DNA of 64,000 nucleotides from Azolla caroliniana (GCA_043228905.1 JBHGNT010000011.1:5518001-5582000); one strand, 5' to 3'. Shown: positions 22,102 through 36,024, counted from the first letter of the stretch. Numbers and translations are program-made. The notes: a model not told the origin generated them from the letters alone.

Positions 22102-22884
22102 TGTTGGGAGACAGGTCCCTCCGGATGGGAAGGGAAACCGGATGAGGAGTACCCGGCTACGGAGAGCCGGATGGTGCAGACCCGGCGAGAATCGGATGAG
22201 GAGTACCCGGCTATGGAGAGCCGGATAGTGCAGACCCGGCGAGAACCGGATGAGGAGTACCCGGCTACGGAGAGCCGGATGACGCAGACCCGGTGAGAAC
22301 CGGATGAGGAGTACCCGGCTACGGAGAGCCGGATGGTGCAGACCCGGTGAGATCCGGATGAGGAGTACCCGGCTACGGAGAGCCGGATGGTGCAGACCCG
22401 GTGAGAACCGGATGAAGAGACATATTCATAAATATGTTTCTGAGAGTCCATCGAGGCTATATTTGTAAATAGCCGAAAAGTCATATTAGTATAAATATGA
22501 CTTAGGGCAAACTTTTAGTTACTGTAGTTGTCGTTGACATTTCTTGTTGGTGCAAGAAGAAGAGAGAGCACGTAACAGTGTACAGAGAGAGAGAGAGAGG
22601 AAGAGGTCATAGCCTCTATTGTAACCGCCGCCTGTGGCGAGGATCGTGAGCACGAGGTCGTTGCCTCCGTGAACTCACTGTTGTACATTCTAACATAGCG
22701 ATAGTTTGCAGCCTGTGTGCTGCCGTGGTTTTTTTCTCTTAGTTTGGGTTTTCCACGTAAACATCCTGTGTACATTTTTCTTCTCCTTTGTGTCGCATGT
22801 TTTCCGTTTCCTGTTTTTTCTGTGTATGATTCTAAGCTCGGTTGTGGCCGAGCGTTGTGCATAAGGAGCGTTGAGCTCCCGTCA
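22102..22884 (+). mobile_element. Solo LTR (Tork/Tnt1-like family) in Copia-2 gag, with 5 x 54-bp U3 repeats
   Basis: TGTTGGGAG...CCCGTCA, exact TSD TGTTC. The 54-bp unit CCGGATGAGGAGTACCCGGCTACGGAGAGCCGGATGGTGCAGACCCGGYGAGAA spans ~22138-22410. Confidence 0.93.
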
Positions 22885-25400
22885 TGTTCACGACCACATG
22901 CTCGTCTACATTTGAGAAGTCGAGACGCCAAAGGAAGTGTGGGAGAATTTATGAAAGATTTTCGCCGGCAACACAACTGCAAGAAAGCTTCAACTCCGCC
23001 AAGAGTTGAACAACATCCAACAAAGGGATATGTCCATCACGAGCTACTTGAAGATCAAGGAGCTTTGCGACTCGATCAGTTTGATAACCGTAAATGTGGA
23101 CGATGATGAGATGGTTCATATATGCCTCAACCGTCCTTGCACCACGATTTGACGCGATGAGGACTGCCATATTAGCACGGGAGAATCTGCCCTCCTTCTT
23201 CGATCTTCAATCCATGTTGTTGGTCAAAGAAAACCATGTTCGTACAAGGAGCAACGCCTCAGAAGGCCATATCCTTTACTCACACTCTGACGGAGGAAGA
23301 GGACACGGTCGTGCAAGAAGAGGCCGATTCAGCCAAGGACGAGACGGACAAGGCCCGACTTACGAAAACAACTCGTAATTTCGGCATCAAGACGGAAGCC
23401 ATCGAGGAACCTTCGGAAGAAGGGGGAGCTTCCATTCCGGTCTGAGCCGACAAAACTCGGTCGAATGCGGATATTGTAGAAAAATTGATCACCACGAAGA
23501 AGAGTGCCGTAAGAAGATGCGCGAGTCGGCTTCAACTAGCTGACAACTCACCAATTACTCCACCAACTCCAACTATCATGATCGTGGTGGAATGTTCGTG
23601 ATGAGACATAGAGCAAATTCTATGTCGGCTTCTACTTCAACTAGTGCCTCCGGTCCGGAAGACGTATGGTTCGTCGACTCTGGTGCCTCGAACCGTATGA
23701 TGTCTCATCAAGAATGATTCCGAGAACTTCGAGAGTCGGAACGACCTGACTATGTCGAAACTAGAGACGACACGACACATTTTATTCAACACATCAGCAA
23801 TGTCCCATTTGGCAAAGAAGGTAACCAAAATTTTATTAACAATGTCTTGCATGTACCAACCATTATGAAGAATTTGGTCTCCGTCGGCCAAATTGTTGAG
23901 CAAGGGATGCAAGTACGATTTAATCAAGGTGGTTGCTTCATCGAAAAAGAAGGCCAATTGATCACTCGCGAACGAAAAGAGGGCTGAATGTTCATTCTCG
24001 ACTCGCATGAGATGAAATCGACCATGTTCACAAAGGGCACGAAAGCCGATTCTGACATAGAGTTATGGCACACACCGATTGGCCATATCAACCTCCAAAA
24101 GCTCAAGGCAATGCAATCGAAAGGAGTCACATCGGGCTACCGAAATTCACGGAGAAAGAGATTGAAGGTGTGTGTGTCGCTTGCCAATTCGGTAGGCAAC
24201 ATCGGCATCCATTTCCGAAGGAGCGGAACGTGAGCAAAGGCATACTCGACGTAGTTCATTGCGATATATGAGGTCTGGCTCAAACAGCTACATTCAGCGG
24301 ATACCGATACTATGTGGCCTTCATCAACGACTTCTCCAGGCACACCTAGATCTACCCCATGCGGCAAAAGAGCGAAGTGTTCGAACACTTCCAAAAATTT
24401 AAGAATGAAATCGAGAAAGCCACAGGCCAACATGTATGATGTCTTCGATCGGATGGAGGAAAAGAGTACTTCTCCGACGAATTTACGGCGTATCTCTGAA
24501 ACAAAGGAATCCGACGAGAATTCTCGTGCCAATACACACCTCAACAAAACGATGTAGCTAAACGAAAGATTCGGCACATCCTCGAAGTATAAGGGGCCAT
24601 GATGAATGAAAACAATCTACCGAAATCGTATTGGGCAGAAGCGGCTAAGACGGCCGTATACCTCATGAATCCGTGTATGACATCGGGTGGCCATGAACTT
24701 ACTCCGCACGAGAAGTTTTTTGGGAAGAAGCCGGATCTATCACATGTTCAGATATTCGGCTCCATTGCATACGTGTACATCCCCGGCGAGAAGCGACAAA
24801 AGCTCGACCCGAAATCAGAGAAATTTATCCTTGTAGGATACTCACTAGAGCAAAAAGGGTACAAGTGCTATAACCCCTCAACTCGAAAATATCAAGTAAG
24901 TCGAGACGTTGTTTTCGACGAGTCTGCATCTTGGTACGCACTAGAGACAACTTCGACTCTGATTCCGCTTGACCCGAAATCCGCCGAAATAGAGATAGAA
25001 GCCGGAGATCGGCTGACGCACAAATTCGAAGAAAGCCTGATTACGACAATGCTTAGTGGGCCACAAGAGCCTCCGAGCGATCAAAGCACATCTCGGCCGA
25101 GTCCGAAGCTGGACAAAGGGAAGGCGAAAATGTCGGAGTATGAAGACGATCACTTCGACGGCAATGAATCGATTCACTCCCTCGATAGTGAGTTCGAAGG
25201 CCTTGACATGCAGACAAATGGAGCGAAGAAAGCCCTCGATAGTATCCGCAAACAAGAAGCTCCACCGATCCACCTGTGAAAAGAACCTCGTAAACCGATT
25301 CGGCTACAACGATTATATGGCGTACCATTACGCCTTTATGATGAAGGTAGCGATAGTATGGGAGCCGGAATCGTTTTCCGAAGCCGCGAAGGACCCCAGA

Positions 25401-25843
25401 TGTCAGGAATAGTACTAAAGTAGAGAGGGAATTAGTACTAAAGAAGAGAAGTACTATTAGTACTAAGAGGACGGGACTGCGTAAGATTCCCGAGAGAGAG
25501 AGAGAGAGAGTAGAGAAAAGAGAGATAGCGAGGAAGAGAGAGAGAGATGATGATAACAGCTAATATATTATATGAAGGATAAGTACAAAATGGCTAAGAG
25601 GCTTAAGACTAGCGTTGAACCAATTTGGTTCAACATAATGCCTAGTGCCTTCTTTTATAGTGTTCTCAAGAGTAATCCTGAAGCTTCTAGAATGTTCCAG
25701 AGAAATCTAGAATATACATTAATTTCCTATAATAAAACTTAAATGAAAATAATATCCTACGTATTACAATAGATGGTATAATGGTCAAGAGCTCGACCCA
25801 TATAACATAAGGTCATGGGTTCGAGTCTTGCCATATCATGACA
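25401..25843 (-). mobile_element. Solo LTR of Tcn1/Tf1-like chromovirus
   Basis: TGTCA...TGACA, exact TSD CCAGA. Closely related to 2477-2895. Contains an HSE (25679-98) and A/B boxes (25774-84, 25818-28). Confidence 0.93.
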
Positions 25844-26482
25844 CCAGATGGGTTGAAGCGATGAATGAATGGAGGAGATGCAAGCACTCTCCAAAAACAA
25901 TACATGGGATCTTGTCCCCCACTCACCGCACAAGAAGGCGATCGGCTACAGATGGATCTATATGGTGAAATATAATGTTGACGGCTCTGTAAACCACTAC
26001 AAAGCTCGAGTCGTAGCAAAAGGATACGCACAGACACATGGAGTTGACTATGAAGAGACATTTTCCTGGTGGCAAAGATGACGACTGTGCGGACCCTGAT
26101 CGCACTCGCAAAGGAAAAAGGGTGGCACCTCCACCAAATGGATTGCAAGAACGCCTTTCTTCAAGTCGAATTAGAAGGGGGGGTGTACATGGTACAACCA
26201 CCCGGCTTCGAATCTGGGATTCATCCGAAAGCCGTATGCCAACTCAAGAAGCCTCAAGCAAGCACCGCGTGCTTGGCATTCGAAGATTACGCAATATCTT
26301 CATCAAATTGGCTTTCTAATGTCGAAGTCCGACAACTCCCTCGACCTATGAAACAACTCTAGAAGCTCGATTGTCATCATCCTATACTTGGACGATCTGG
26401 TCATTGGAGGAGAAAGTTTAGTCGACATCAACAAGGTGAAATCCCTCCTCTCCAACAAATTCGAGATGACAGACATGAAGGA

Positions 26483-26872
26483 TGTTGAGCGAGCAAGTTC
26501 AACCGAATCCGGATCGGCTGAATAAGCCAGACCCGGATCGGATTGAAACCGGTAGGCCGTTAGAGGCCTACGGATCCAGCCTAGTAAGTAGGCATATTTT
26601 TGGGAATCAGTGATAGTCACTCATGTGAGCATTGAAGTACATGTCAGTACTTCTGTCAGTCCTTTATGGACTTGTATAAAAGTGCTCTCTGTGCACATTC
26701 TATGTATAGAGATTTTTCAGGGTGTTATTTTTTAAATTGAGTTCATGCTCTACTCTCTCTGTCTCTCCCACGTGTATTCTCTATGTTAAGTTCTCCATTA
26801 AACCTTTTCTCATTTTCTGCTGCTATTCAGCTGAGCTGGTTTGTCGAACGCTTCCACACACTAACTTTCACA
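26483..26872 (+). mobile_element. Solo LTR in Copia-2 RT
   Basis: TGTTGAGCGAGC...TTTCACA, exact TSD AAGGA, splitting TDMK|ELHYFLG. Family of 7324-7703. Confidence 0.93.
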
Positions 26873-28366
26873 AAGGAACTTCATTACTTCCTAGGCATCG
26901 AAGTAATTCGGATTCCGACTGGCATTATGATCTCTCAACGACACTACATTCTCAACTTATTATACAAGTTCAGGATGAGAATGTGCAAATCTGTGGCAAC
27001 CCCTCTCGCTCGAAACCTCAAACTAGATGCCAACTCCGGCACAAACAAGTGCGAGCCAACTCAATATCGACAACTGATCGGGAGCCTCATCTATCTCATG
27101 ATCACTCGACCCGACCTCGACTATCTGGTTGGCCTCCTTAGCCAATTCATGCAAACTCCGCGAGATATCTATTTCGATTGCTCTAAGCGGGTATTAGGAT
27201 ACGTGAGCGGCGCAATGGATTACAACATCCTTTACGCATCGGCCACACCATTCGACTCGAAGGGTACACGTATGCCGATTGGGTCGGATACAAAGTTGAT
27301 CGATGATCGACCTCTGGATTTGTCTTGTCGCTTGGTAGCGGCGCAATATCTTGGAGTAGTAAGAAGTAGCCTACCATCGCACTTTCGGGTACGAAGGCCG
27401 AATATAGGGGCGCAATCATAGCTGCATGTGAAGCCATATGGCTCAAGAGGATTTTGAAGGATCTAGGCATTCCCATCAAGGATCCGACTCCCATTTACTG
27501 CAACAACATGAGCAGTATATATCTCGCTTGGAACCCAGTGTTCCACGCACGCACAAAGCATATCGAAGTGCACTACCTCTTCATTCAAGAGTGTGTTCAG
27601 GCTGGAGATGTCGATCTTCTACACATCAACATGAATCTTCAAACAACCGATATCTTCACCAAGGCCCTAGGAGCCGACAAGCTTCGGCAATTTATGTCAG
27701 ATCTTGGATTGATGATCCCTGACTTGCCAAGCTTGAGTGGAAGTACAAGGGAGAATCGGATACCGTTCGAACCGGGTACGAGCCGAAGCGGACACCAGAG
27801 ATCGTCCGAACCGGATACCAGCCGAAGCGGACATCAATCGAAAGGAACCAACCCGAGTTGAGCTTGAGGGGGCATGTTGAGAATCAAGCTCAACATAGTG
27901 CAACGTGTGAACACACCTTTTGAGAATCTATGATTACTCAAAGGTCAAGAGTCACACCACTACTCTCTAAACATTAACTATGTGTCATAGAATCATATTC
28001 TATGACACATAACTAATGATTTACATATTCCCCATGACTATGAGTCTTCACATTCCCCACGAGAGAGTGGTTGTTGTAGTTAGTTAATGAAGAGAGAGGG
28101 TGACTATATATAAAGCACCCTCCTTATACTTCATACTAAGTCAATTGTGACTCCTTGTAATGCTACATTTTTGTATCTCTTATTCTACTTGTGAATATAC
28201 ATCTTCTTCTTGAGTACTTCATTGTATTCCCATTCTATCTAATCTATCTTGTGTTTCTCTTCTCTCCTCTCTTTCCTCTCACATATACACATAACACACA
28301 TCTATTCCGCTACACAAGAATCATACCTAATTCTTTACAAGAACAATCTTTTAAAGTGAGGCAGTA

Positions 28367-28835
28367 TGTTACGTGTTTAACCAAAAGTGATCCTGAGATA
28401 GGTTTTTCTTAGTTTTCCCTAATCTTATGAAGAGTAAGTGCGGGGTAATTTGGAAAGGAATGAGGTTATGGATCGTAATATACAGTGCTATGGTGTGGGA
28501 TAACTTTTAAGTGTGTTATTGCTTAACCACTTCACGTAAAGTAGTCGTGTGAATACACTAGAGCATAGGGTTTCTACCTATATAGAAGGCTAACTAACTA
28601 CCTTCTTATCAAGGGAGGCTTGACTTATGTTAAGACTATGACAATGTGACTACGGCTCTTGTTAGCTAAGCATGCGCAATCCTCGTAGAACCCAAAGTAC
28701 GACTCACATGAAGATTGAGTCCATCTCACACTGTTGTTAGGGGGTGGTTGGGTGGTTTTAAACCCTAAACCCCGTTGTCATTTATTGGTCTATAATTCTT
28801 TATGATTTGATTAATTAATTAGTTAGACTCTAACA
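28367..28835 (+). mobile_element. 3' LTR of the ancient Reina-like chromovirus hosting Copia-1/2
   Basis: Purine tract AAAGTGAGGCAGTA then TGTTAC...CTCTAACA. Shares motifs with 6620-7077 (TAGGGTTTC, AACCCAARGTACGA, GGGGTGGTT). Confidence 0.65.
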
Positions 28836-28975
28836 CGGTCACATCAAACTCAAGAGATCCATTTGAATCGATAACTAAGGAAAAAAGAAGTGAGTGGGAG
28901 AAGAAAGAAGATGATGAACCCAACCTAAGCATGACATGTGCACGCATTGCACGTGAAGTTACTTCCCCACATGAC

Positions 28976-31900
28976 TGTTACGAAGGCGCTACGGCTCTTC
29001 TGTGTGCACAGCGGATCGTGATGTGCTGGATTGTTTAGCGCTCAAGACAGAAAGAAAGGGGGAAGGAGACTTACCTCTGCACAGTCCAAAAGCTTCTACT
29101 ATTTCATTACACGTAGAGCTCAACTTGTTCTCGTTTGTTTTCTGTTCTCTGTTCTTTTTCTTTTTCTTTGCACACTCTCACTCTTCTCTTCTACTACTTA
29201 CTATACTTACTTTTTACCTAAGTTATTAGTGACTTATATATGCAGCTAATTAGCTGCCAATAGCTAATTAGCTGTTGTAGCTAAATAGTTGTTAGTAGCT
29301 AAATAGTTGTTTCACCTTTATGTCCACTAGTAGCTAATTAGCTAATAGCTACTATAGCTTATTTCTCAATAAGCATCACATACCTTTGTTGAGCTTGTTT
29401 CTCAACTATTTTTGCAACATATATATACCACTTTCAGATCTGATAATCTCAATATTGAGAAAGTATCTCAACTCTCCCAAGTCTTTCATATGAAATTGCA
29501 TTTCAAGATTTTTTTTCAGCTTGCTTATTTCATCCATGGAATCACCTCCAATGATTAAATCATCAACATAAATCAAAATAACAACAATGTAATCATTTAT
29601 CCTTTTTACATACAATGATGGATCTGCCTTTGACATTTTGAAAGCAAATTTTTCCAAAGATTTTGAAAGTTCTTTATGCCATGCCCTTGGTGCTTGTTTC
29701 AATCCATAAAGAGCCTTTTTCAGCTTGCATACATATTCTGGATGCTTCTTATCTTCAAAACCTGGTGGTTGACACATATACACTTCTTCTTCCAAGTTAC
29801 CATGTAAAAAAGCATTTTTTACATCCATATGGTGCAAAACCCATCTTTTGGCTGCACTCACAGCAAGTAGTGTTCTCAATGTTGCCATCTTTGCAACCAG
29901 TGCAAATGTTTCATAATAATAAATACCTTGCATCTGGGCATATCCCTTTGCCACAAGTCTTGCTTTATGTCTACTAACATTTCCATTGGAATCATGCTTT
30001 GTCTTGTAGACCCATTTGCAACCTACAATATTTTTCCCTTTTGGTAACTTTACCAAATCCCATGTTTTGTTTTCAGCCAATGCATCTATTTCTTCTTGCA
30101 TTGCATTCACCCATTTTTTCTCAGCTTTTGCTTCATCAAAGTTGTTTGGATCAGGGACTTGTACCACTTTATGCATAATGCATAGCCATATATGTGTCAT
30201 AACCAAATCTTTCAACGATCTTTTTCTCTCTATCTGATCTTCTCAGTTTGCATCCTTCATTTCCCTTTCCATACCAAGGATTTTCAGGGATCCTATACCA
30301 AGCTCATCATCCAATGATGTATCTGAATCTACATCTTCCATGTTTCTAGATCCATCATCAAGCATTTCATACTCTGGCATCTTCTGTTTTCCCTTTTTAT
30401 CATCATATTTTTTGTGTCTTCCATGTTTTCCACTCCATGCATTAGATTCAGATTTACTACCTAAGCTTCTCGATGGTCCAGTACATTCCATTGATGTTGA
30501 ACTTTGTTGTCCAACATTGCTTCCATCTCTTTGGTTATCTCTTACATTTTCAGATTTATCCGTGTCTTCATTTTCAGTCTTCATCAGTTTCTACATTTTG
30601 TTTTGGGTTGTACCAACTGCCTAACTCATCAAATATTACATCCCGACTTACCACAATCTTTTTTGTCAAAGGGTTATAGCATCTATACCCTTTTTGCTCC
30701 TTTGAATATCCAACAAAAATACATTTTTCAGCTTTTGGATCAAGCTTACTTCTCATCTCAGCAGGTACATGAACATAGGCAAGGCATCCAAACACTTTTA
30801 AGTGTTCTAAACTAGGCTTCCTGCCATAGAAACATTCTTCAGGAGTTACTTCATGTACTCCAGATGTTATACATCTATTTAGAATGTAGTTTGTTGTGTT
30901 TACAACTTCTGCCCAATAATACAATAGCATACTTTTTTCTGTCATTACCGCCCTTGATATGTTCATCAAAGTTCTGTTTTTTCTCTCAGCAACTCCATTT
31001 TGTTGTGGAGTACATCTACATGTAAATTGTCTCCTTATCCCTTGATTACATAGAAAATCAGAAAATTCATTTGAGAAATACTCTCCTACATCAGATCTTA
31101 AGCATTTTATCCTAGTTCCAGCCTGCTTTTCCACCATACATTTAAACTTACGGAAACAATCAAATACTTCACTTTTTTCTTTCATGAAGTAAACCCACAT
31201 TTGTCTTGAGCAATCATCAATGAAAGTTACATAAAACTTACGTCCACTAATTGATGCATTTTTTGTTGGTCCCCATACATCCGTATGTACCAAATCCAAC
31301 AAATTTTTGCTTACATGTCTTTCATGAGGGAAAGGCAACATGTTTTGCTTTCCATATTGACATGCTTCACATACTTTTCCCATCTCATAGTCTTTGAGCT
31401 TAGGCAGTCCAACCACTACATCTTTCCTCAACATATTTTTCAATGTTTGCATACTTATGTGACCGATTCTTTTATGCCACATTTCCACATCTAAGATTAC
31501 ACTCATTCCTTCTGCAAACATGGTTGTAATCTGTTTAGGCATATCCACATCTAACACAAACATGTTTCCTTGTCGTTTTCCTTTTGCAATGAGCTTTCCA
31601 TTTTTCTCTATGAAACATCCACTTTGCTTAAACTTAACTTGCATTCCTTGCTCTACTATCTATCCAACAGAAATCAAATTTTTTGCAAGGTTTGGCACAT
31701 GCATAACATTCAACATATATTTTGTTTTTCCTTTTTCTTCCCACAAAGGGATATCTCCAACATGCTCTATTTGGTGAGTAGTATTATCACATGTTTGTAC
31801 ATAACCAGGAATCTCTGGTTCTCTTAGACTTTTAAACCAGTTTGCATGTCCTGTCATATGATTAGATGCCCCATAATCTACATACCACGTAAACTCTTCA

Positions 31901-33462
31901 TTGCATCTCTATGAACATTCAACCATTGTTGTTGTTTCATGTTGCACCACAAATACACCATCTTTATAACAATCTTCACTAGTTAAGGCATAATTATTTT
32001 GCTGTCTCTTCCCTCTTTTCTCATCATTTTGCTTTTTGTAGCATTCAGCCTATGTATGGCCTAGTTTTCCACAATACCAACAGCCATCATCATTCAAATG
32101 AGTTTGCTTACCTCTTCCTCGATTGCTCCCCCTACCTTTGATGTTGTTTCTTCCGCATGTAACCTGTTGTCCTCTTCCTTGATAACTATTGTTGTTGGTT
32201 CTAGCTGAACCAAATCTTCCATGGCCTCTTCCAGCACTATTGTAGAGGGCTTGCCCCTCAGTCTCAGAGTTTCCTTTGTTTACATCATGAATTTGATTTT
32301 TTTCTCCTACTACAAGCATTGAAACTAGATCTGGAAAACTTGGGATACTATCCCTTGTGAGAATAGATGTTTTGAAACTCTTGTATTGAGGTCCTAACCC
32401 TCTTAAGCATATTTCCACCTTATCATCATCTTCTATCTTCACATTAATAGAAGCAAGTGATTGACATATGCTCTTTATTTTCAGAGCATACTCATTCACT
32501 GACATCTTAACTTTTTCCAAGGTATTTAACTCAGTCTTCAACTAAAGCTTTCTTGCCTTTGTATTCACTGCAAATAGTTTTACCAAACTGTCCCAAGTTC
32601 TTTTGGGAGTATAGCATCTTGTATATGTCCAAGCATCGAATCTGAGATGCTAAGTGACAACCAATGCAATACCTTTCTTGCCCCTTGGTTCCATTCTTTA
32701 AATGCTTTAATCTATGCAGCAGTTGCATTTTCTTCTGGAATCTCTGGAGCCTCTTCTAGTTCTCCTTCAATATAATCCCAGTATCCTTTCCCCATAAGGA
32801 AGTTTGTCATTCTAAATTTCCACGCCGCGAAATTGTTTTTATCCAGTTTTTCTGTAACTATTTGGCTTGCATTCTCTGCAACCATTTTCTCTTTCAATTA
32901 GGGTTAACTTCACAAACAAGTCTCTCTTATTCAGATCAGCAACCAAAAATAAACTTCTCAGATCTCTATACTATTCTAATCTTCTTTACGAGCAACTCTG
33001 CTCTGATACCATGTTACAAAGGCACTACGGCTCTTCTGTGTGCACAACGGATCGTGATGTGATGGATCGTTTAGTGCTCAAGACAGAAAGAAAGGGGGAA
33101 GGAGACTTACCTTTGCATAGTCCAAAAGCTTCTACTATTTCATTACACGTAGAGCTCAACTTGCTCTCGTTTGTTTTCTATTCTCTGTTCTTCTTCTTTT
33201 TCTCTGCACACTCTCACTCTTCTCTTCTACTACTTACTATACTTACTTTTTACCTAAGTTATTAGTGACTTATATATGCAGCTAATTAGCTGCCAGTAGC
33301 TAATTAGTTGTCTGTAGCTAAATAGTTGTCATTAGCTAAATAGTTGTGCGTAGCTAAATAGTTATTTCACCTTTATGTCCACTAGTAGCTAATTAGCTAA
33401 TAGCTACTATAGCTTATTTCTCAATAAGCATCACATGCCTTTGTTGAGCTTGTTTCTCAACA
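28976..33462 (-). mobile_element. Ty1/copia element (Copia-3, AT-rich) with RT C-terminus, RNase H and PPT deleted
   Basis: LTRs 28976-29406 and 33012-33462, exact TSD ATGAC, PBS 33000-33011, gag ATG 32885, INT 30574-31644. RT 29406-30215 is fused directly to the 3' LTR. Confidence 0.95.
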
Positions 33463-33923
33463 ATGACAACAAGAGAACTTTGAAACATTATATTGCTAGG
33501 ACAAATACAAAAGGAAGATACCGAAGAGATTGAACCCAATGAAGCGGAGGATTTCATAAATGTATTTAGGTTGGCGCCTAAATGAATGCCAATACAACTA
33601 CAAATCCACACACCTAATTTGGTATGGAGAGATGTGTAATTAATAGGATTTGTCGAAGATGACAAAGTTTATGGGCTGAGGTTAGAGTCAAACTCTAGGA
33701 ATGTGACAATCCCTCATGAGATCCTCCCCTTGAAATATGTTTCTTAAATAAGTACAACAAGTCTTGGTGGTCTAAGTAAAACAGAAAAGTGACAAGTGAA
33801 GAGGTATTTTCTAAAATTCTTGACACCATATATCGTTGCCAACAACTCTCACTCGATTTTGGAATAATTTTTTTCCATTGCATTAAGTTCAGAACTAACA
33901 GATGTTACAACGAACTCTAGTTT

Positions 33924-34394
33924 TGTTTACTCTGGGTTGGACATAGCCACAAACACAGGGGTGTCCGTTCAGGACACTTCACCAAAGGGTGGTTAAGGGA
34001 ATGATGATATCGGTCATAGATCCGATTCCAATCCGGGTATTTTCCGGATACTCTCCGGATGATTGATACACAACTAATTAATGAAAACATGTGCAAGATT
34101 ATGAATGGAAGCATAGAATAGGAAGTAAGAAAGACACACAATAGAATTAAAGTAGAACGCTCAAACTTGTATTACTTCCGCCCTCAATTACATCGATTCC
34201 CGGATCCTTTTATAAGCATCCGGTTGGAAATACAAAACGATGCCTTACCGGCTACGAATCGGTCCGGATCCGGATCAGTACAACTATTCCGGATCCGTTC
34301 GTTCCAATAATATTCCTAATTAATAATTAATCTAATTATAATATCAAAGTCGTCCCTTTCCACATTTATCCTCCGGATCATACTCCGTTCAACA
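33924..34394 (-). mobile_element. Solo LTR related to the 11664-16546 gypsy family
   Basis: TG...CA, exact TSD AGTTT. Shares GACACTTCACCAAAGGGT and ATCGGTCCGGATCCGGA with 16112-16546. Confidence 0.88.
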
Positions 34395-34399
34395 AGTTT

Positions 34400-34800
34400 A
34401 TCATCCCTTGGTTGAGCTAGTTTGCAGTCCCGAAACTACGCCAAACGCAAAGGTAGAGAGGCATTTGTGTGGACATGGAATTCCTTGTCTCAAGTGGGTG
34501 ATTTCAAGTTAAGTGCATGTGCCAAGTACTCTTTGAGGATCACCTTTGTGTATCCATTTGTAAGTTTGAGTTCTTTAAGCAATGCGTAGAGGCCTCTTGC
34601 TTTCTTATTAATCTTTCTAATGAACTTCTTATAGCACCCGTAGTATCCCATAAATATTTCTAGTTGTCTCATTGGTTGGCAGGGATATCTCTAGTCTTTG
34701 TTTGACTTTGGTTTCATTGGTTAATATCTCATCGTGTGACACTAATTTCCCTAGAATAGGCCATGTTTAATCAAGAATTAGTATTTTGGTGGGTTTAGGA
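34400..34800 (-). pseudogene. Old Ty3/gypsy RT-RNase H remnant
   Basis: QLEIFMGYYGCYKKFI...LYALLK...LKEYLAHALNLKSPT*DKEFHVHTNAS resembles the RT connection and RH TDAS motif. Confidence 0.55.
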
Positions 34801-36024
34801 AGAACTAGTATTGTTGACTTCTTTCAAAGGTCAGGGGTTAGAATCTTATTGCTCTTTTTCAGGATGAACACTATACAAGATCTATAAAAGTATATTATGC
34901 CCACAATGAGCATCTTCTTGATATCAGCCTTCACTTGTGCACTGTAGTTACATAGCTAGATAGATGTTTTTAACCTCCATAGAGAGGTCAATATTGACTC
35001 ATAGTTATCTTGATGTGTGTCTCCTTCCTATGAAGGGATATTCATACTTTGAGGCATCAAGTCTCGATGTGTGAATAAGGAATAAACATATGAGCTCAAC
35101 CTTCTAGGTGTTCTCTTTAGTGTGATACTTAAAGTCATCACCCCCTCTTAATATATCATCATAGCTTTCACGAATTGCAGTTAGAAATGAAGAGCATGTA
35201 TTTAAATCAAGTGATATTCATCCTCTACTAGCCCATCCTTGCGCTTTCGGCGTAGGGTGAAAATCTTGTACTTTATGGGCTTTGGCTCATTGGCTTTCAG
35301 CTCGCTTCAGCTCACGATTTGGTGGCTTTCAACCGCGTCAGCCTCTAGCTCACATTGGCTTTCAGTTTGGCGGCTTCCAACCATGTCAATATTCGACTCG
35401 CCTACGATGTTAGGGTTTGGTTGAATAGCATGACTTAAGTGATGATTCGTGATGCTCGATTTGGGGACTATATGCGAGATTAAGACAAAATTCCAGCTAA
35501 AATGTACATGATATATATTACATAAAAAAAACTAGTTTCTACAACAAAACGGCTCAATGCCATGACTCTGGTTGCTTTTACAAGAAAATCATCAAAGATA
35601 AACGAAAGGCTAACTGATGAAGGTGATTCAAGTGAGCCGTCGAGACAACGACTACCACTATCGGCCAACCCCCGAAGACAATGTAATGTTCCCATGTCAT
35701 ATTGTCCTCCCTTCAATGATCGACTGTCATGTTAGCCCGCTTTTCCTGAAACCACCGCAACATGGAGCACTCTCTATCGTGGAGAGGATGTCCAGACCAT
35801 TGAGAAGCCCGCCACCAGAGTGTTGAAAAGAGTCATCGTTGTAGAAAACACCCAAACCAAACCAAAACCTCTCGAATAACGAAGAGAGAAGAAACCTCGA
35901 ACACTAACAAGAAAGAACCCTCACAAAACTCACACCCACAAGAAGAACCAAAGAGACCATATACGAAGAAGCCCTAACTCTAATTCCTTTCATAGGAGAA
36001 CATGAAACCCTAAACTCAAAGAAG

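Larger units (their letters stand above)
20164..28339 (+). mobile_element. Ty1/copia element (Copia-2, relative of Copia-1) carrying four nested insertions
   Basis: 5' LTR 20164-21725 (interrupted by TRIM), PBS TGTTATCAGAGC 21726-37, gag ATG 21886, degenerate pol to 27861, PPT AGCTTGAGGGGGCA, 3' LTR 27875-28339. Flanks CAAAC/AGAAC match only 3/5. Confidence 0.95.
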
